Position numbers and translations under genes: made by a program. Positions 60,855 through 64,000 of a DNA stretch of 64,000 bases are shown here, piece after piece. The notes beneath the pieces are model-generated. The model was not told where the DNA came from. It worked only from the letters and a program-made list of their open reading frames with translations, and made no database searches. Source of the DNA: Takakia lepidozioides (taxonomy: Eukaryota > Plantae > Bryophyta); NCBI GenBank assembly GCA_030704615.1, contig CM060733.1, forward strand, positions 38,254,001-38,318,000, read 5' to 3'. The number at the start of each line of letters is the position of its first letter. The stretch's first letter is position 1.

Positions 60855-63800
60855 TCAAACACCCAGATTTGCACGCCAATAACACATCTGGTGGGACACG
60901 GGCTCTGCTCCAGTGGAACCATAGGACTGGAATTTACTGATGGCGTTGTCAACACCCAAGAAAGCGTAGATATCATCCTCAATCAGGGGGTTGATCTGTT
61001 GTAACTCATCCAAGGAAAGCTGGGATAGCTCAACCCCCTTTTTGACTGCAGCTGCCACAGCCTTGCCCACTATGTCATGTGCTGTGCGGAAGGGGATGCC
61101 CTGCAGCACCCAGTCCAATCCAATGGACATAAGAAACGGACTGAATGAACACTTAACCAGACTTCACACAACAAATCACTCCATGTAAAACTGGCCCTGT
61201 ACCATCAGTCAAAGAACTAAGAAAAAGCTCTCGTGTTGCAAGCCTATCTAGGTCTGGCCTTTCTACGTCTGAAAATCTTAGATTTCTCCAGGTGATATCA
61301 AAATAACAGGATCCACTTTTGGTTGTGTCATAGCCAGCGTTCTTAGTGCCGCCTAGTTTTCAGATAACATCAACAGAGGTGATTATAGCCTTTTACCTTG
61401 TAGACAAGGTAGTCTGCCATGGTTGTTGCGTCCAGATGACCTGCCGGCAAGGACATTGCAATACGCTTCCTATTGAAGCTGACATTTTCAGCAAATTCAG
61501 TGGTCACCTCCAAGACAGCCAAAATGGTCTCAACGCTGTCGAACAGTGGCTCCTTATCCTCCTGTGTCAGCCAACATTGCAAACACTCCACTCGTTAGGT
61601 GCAATTTTCTGCATTTTGTCCTTTGCGCTATAGCAAACAAAGTGTAAAAAGCACTCCTTCACACCTCATTATGATGCAGTCACAGACATAAGCTGCAGAA
61701 AGATAATGAACTTCGACCTGGAGGTCACGGTTATAGGCCTGTGGAAGCCCCTTGCAAAGCACTAGCAGAGTGGTAAGATCACCGATCACCCGCGCTGATT
61801 TCCCGCGTACTAGCTCCATGGGGTCTGGGTTCTTTTTCTGGGGCATTATGCTACTACCAGTTGACACTGCATCGCTTGGCGTCAAAAACCCAAACTCTTC
61901 CGAGGCCCAAAGCACCCACTCCTCCGCCAAGCGTGACAAATGTATACCTATGATGGAGTTTGCACTCAGAAGTTCAATCAAAAAATCGCGGTCTGACACT
62001 GCATCCACACTACACCCATATTGACAGCCACAAAACCTGCTTTAATTCTGGCTTGAACTTCTCCTTGGTGAATGCTTAGCTGCAGATAACTCCAGATTAC
62101 ATTGACCTAGACTCAAGTGGCCTTCTTACATCTCTGTGTGTAGTCCTGAAAGATCCGAACCCTACATATAACCAGCTGGAAACTTAGCCACCAGTTGTTG
62201 AAACCCTGTGTGAACTAAGGTTGAGAATGGCTTCAAAGAATGAAAAGCTCTTCCACTTCCTAGAAGAATCCTGAAACTCTTTGAAATTAAAAGGCACCTA
62301 AGAAAAACCTTCATGGTTGAGATATAACAGCATAAAGTCATCCATGGCGAAGTAAAATTTTGTGAGGCCTCGCCTTGACTCTGGGCTCTACTGGCAAAAC
62401 TGTTGTGTGCTTGCCTACCTGTTGCGGAGAGGGGCTGTGAACTGCAATGAATGTGCAGTTGCAAAGCGATCTATGGGAAGGCCTGTGCCAGCCAGCGCAC
62501 ATGAGCCAAGTGGTGAAAAGTTGAGGCGAACTTGGCAATCAACCAAACGCCCTGCATCACGCTCCAGCTAGCCACCGTGAATGTAGATGAGTATGGTTCA
62601 ACCTCCAACTGTGGTCCCAATGAACTCACAATATCCAGTCCTAGAAGCAACCCTCACCCTAACGCCTCTGCACTCATTATAATGTTGGTGCCCCCTGGCT
62701 TTCTGAGGTAACATGACATCCTCCCTTGCTGCTGCTGCTGCTCTCTCTCCCCTAAATGGCAGTGCAATAAAGCTACATATGTCCACATATGCCTTCGATA
62801 GGAAGATACTGTGTTATTCCACATCATGATGTCTGATAGGATGTCAAAGACTCCCTCTCCCTCTGTAAGAATAAGAACACTCAGCAAGCATAAGAACTTG
62901 ACCCTTCATGGGGATACCTCAACTACAAGGTGGGCACATACCTGTTCCACATAGGCCAGTAAGAGGTGTTGCAGCAACAGTGGTTGTGCACGCTGCAGGT
63001 GAGTATAGCCAGGTACCACTATGCCCTCGTTTCTCACTGCAAGCCTCACCAGCGCCCTCTAGCAATCCAGGCCCACTCCTCAATCATTGGTTGGACATTG
63101 TCAGAAGTGAGTGCAACATGAAGGTACATGTAACTGCAAAAGTGGAAGGTCTAAACACTACCTGTAAGAGTTTGATGTGATCCAGGATCTGGTTGATTGC
63201 ATCACGGCACCACAGTCGCACATCTGTCACCACCTGGTTACAACAAAGTTCACTGGGCTGATTGCACACGTTCCTTGCTAGAGGAAAGAACGGAAGATAG
63301 AAAGAGAGTAACTCATTATGTCCACAGGAATTCGGGTTTATGCGACAAGAACTAGAGGCATTACACTCCACCAGTGCCTGTAAGAAATGTAGCACTTTAG
63401 GCCAGCAGTTTGGAAACCTGATCATTTCGACTCCGTGCTGTGTGAAGCTTCTTGGCAGGCTCCCCAACCAAATCGATGAGTGCAGCCTCCACGTTCATGT
63501 GCACATCTTCTCTGTCCGGCCTCCAGACAAACTTCCCCTCAACTATTTGCTTCTCGATCTCATTTATTCCCTTGAGAATTGCGTCGCGATCCTCCTCCGT
63601 TATAATGCCCTTCAATGGTAGGTTATATACTAACGTTCAAGCTCAGACTGAATCACCAGAACTTTGACTATGAGATTCTTGATTCAACACCATATACCTC
63701 CAGATGTGTCATAGATTTAAAAAGCTGACAGGCCATAAAATTTCTCATTCTAAGCATTCAGACTACTCATTGCAAGGCACTCTTCGAAATTTCAGCCTTA

Positions 63801-64000
63801 ACACTTGACCTGTGGGCAATCAAATAACGGTAGGCACAAATATTTAGAGTCTGGCTTTCGTAATGAAAGGCTACAAACTTTGCAATCAACCACCATTAAG
63901 AATATTTACCTGTTTGGCAAGCATCGCTGCATGCGCGCGACTCCCCATAAGGTCATGCTTGTACAGTTTCCAATCAAACGACACAGACTGACCGAATTTT
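60855..64000 (-). CDS. ASL: Argininosuccinate lyase (5' end lies beyond the window)
   Basis: Exons >64000-63910, 63609-63418, ~63235-63162, ~63059-62942, ~62567-62418, 62009-61718, ~61562-61397 and ~61100-60855 encode [55 protein letters not shown] and GIPFRTAH. Confidence 0.97.

Overview
Intron-rich land-plant nuclear DNA; the repeat types and gene content suggest a bryophyte, probably a moss (inference). Conserved genes flank a nested transposon complex. Left arm: a small two-exon membrane/coiled-coil gene (-), mitochondrial-type citrate synthase (+, about 18 exons, Gly/Lys-rich N-terminal insert), initiator tRNA-Met (-), a PPR pseudogene (-) and an RRG/RMND1 (DUF155) gene (+). The transposon complex spans about 21.8-46 kb and can be resolved by its target-site duplications (TSDs). 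A Helitron-type repeat is split by a 17.4-kb element (27579-44974, 8-bp TSD ATCCAGAT) with palindrome arrays at both ends, carrying a protein kinase gene and a BED-finger fragment. That kinase gene is split by an 11.9-kb Mutator-like element (31267-43146, 10-bp TSD GCCGTCCACT). This MULE carries the SWIM-finger tail of a transposase and an intron-containing gene with a bacterial-style beta-class DNA N6-A/N4-C methyltransferase fold. It is in turn interrupted by a truncated Athila-like Ty3/Gypsy element with a large extra ORF. A related decayed GCM/DDE/SWIM transposase lies at 22.5-26 kb behind an array of 30-bp palindromes. Right arm: an apparently intact secreted cyanovirin-N-homologue (CVNH) lectin gene, LTR/LINE/SINE remnants, a root-cap/LEA-related gene (+) and the 3' part of argininosuccinate lyase (-). 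All family assignments come from motif recognition by eye; no database searches were run.
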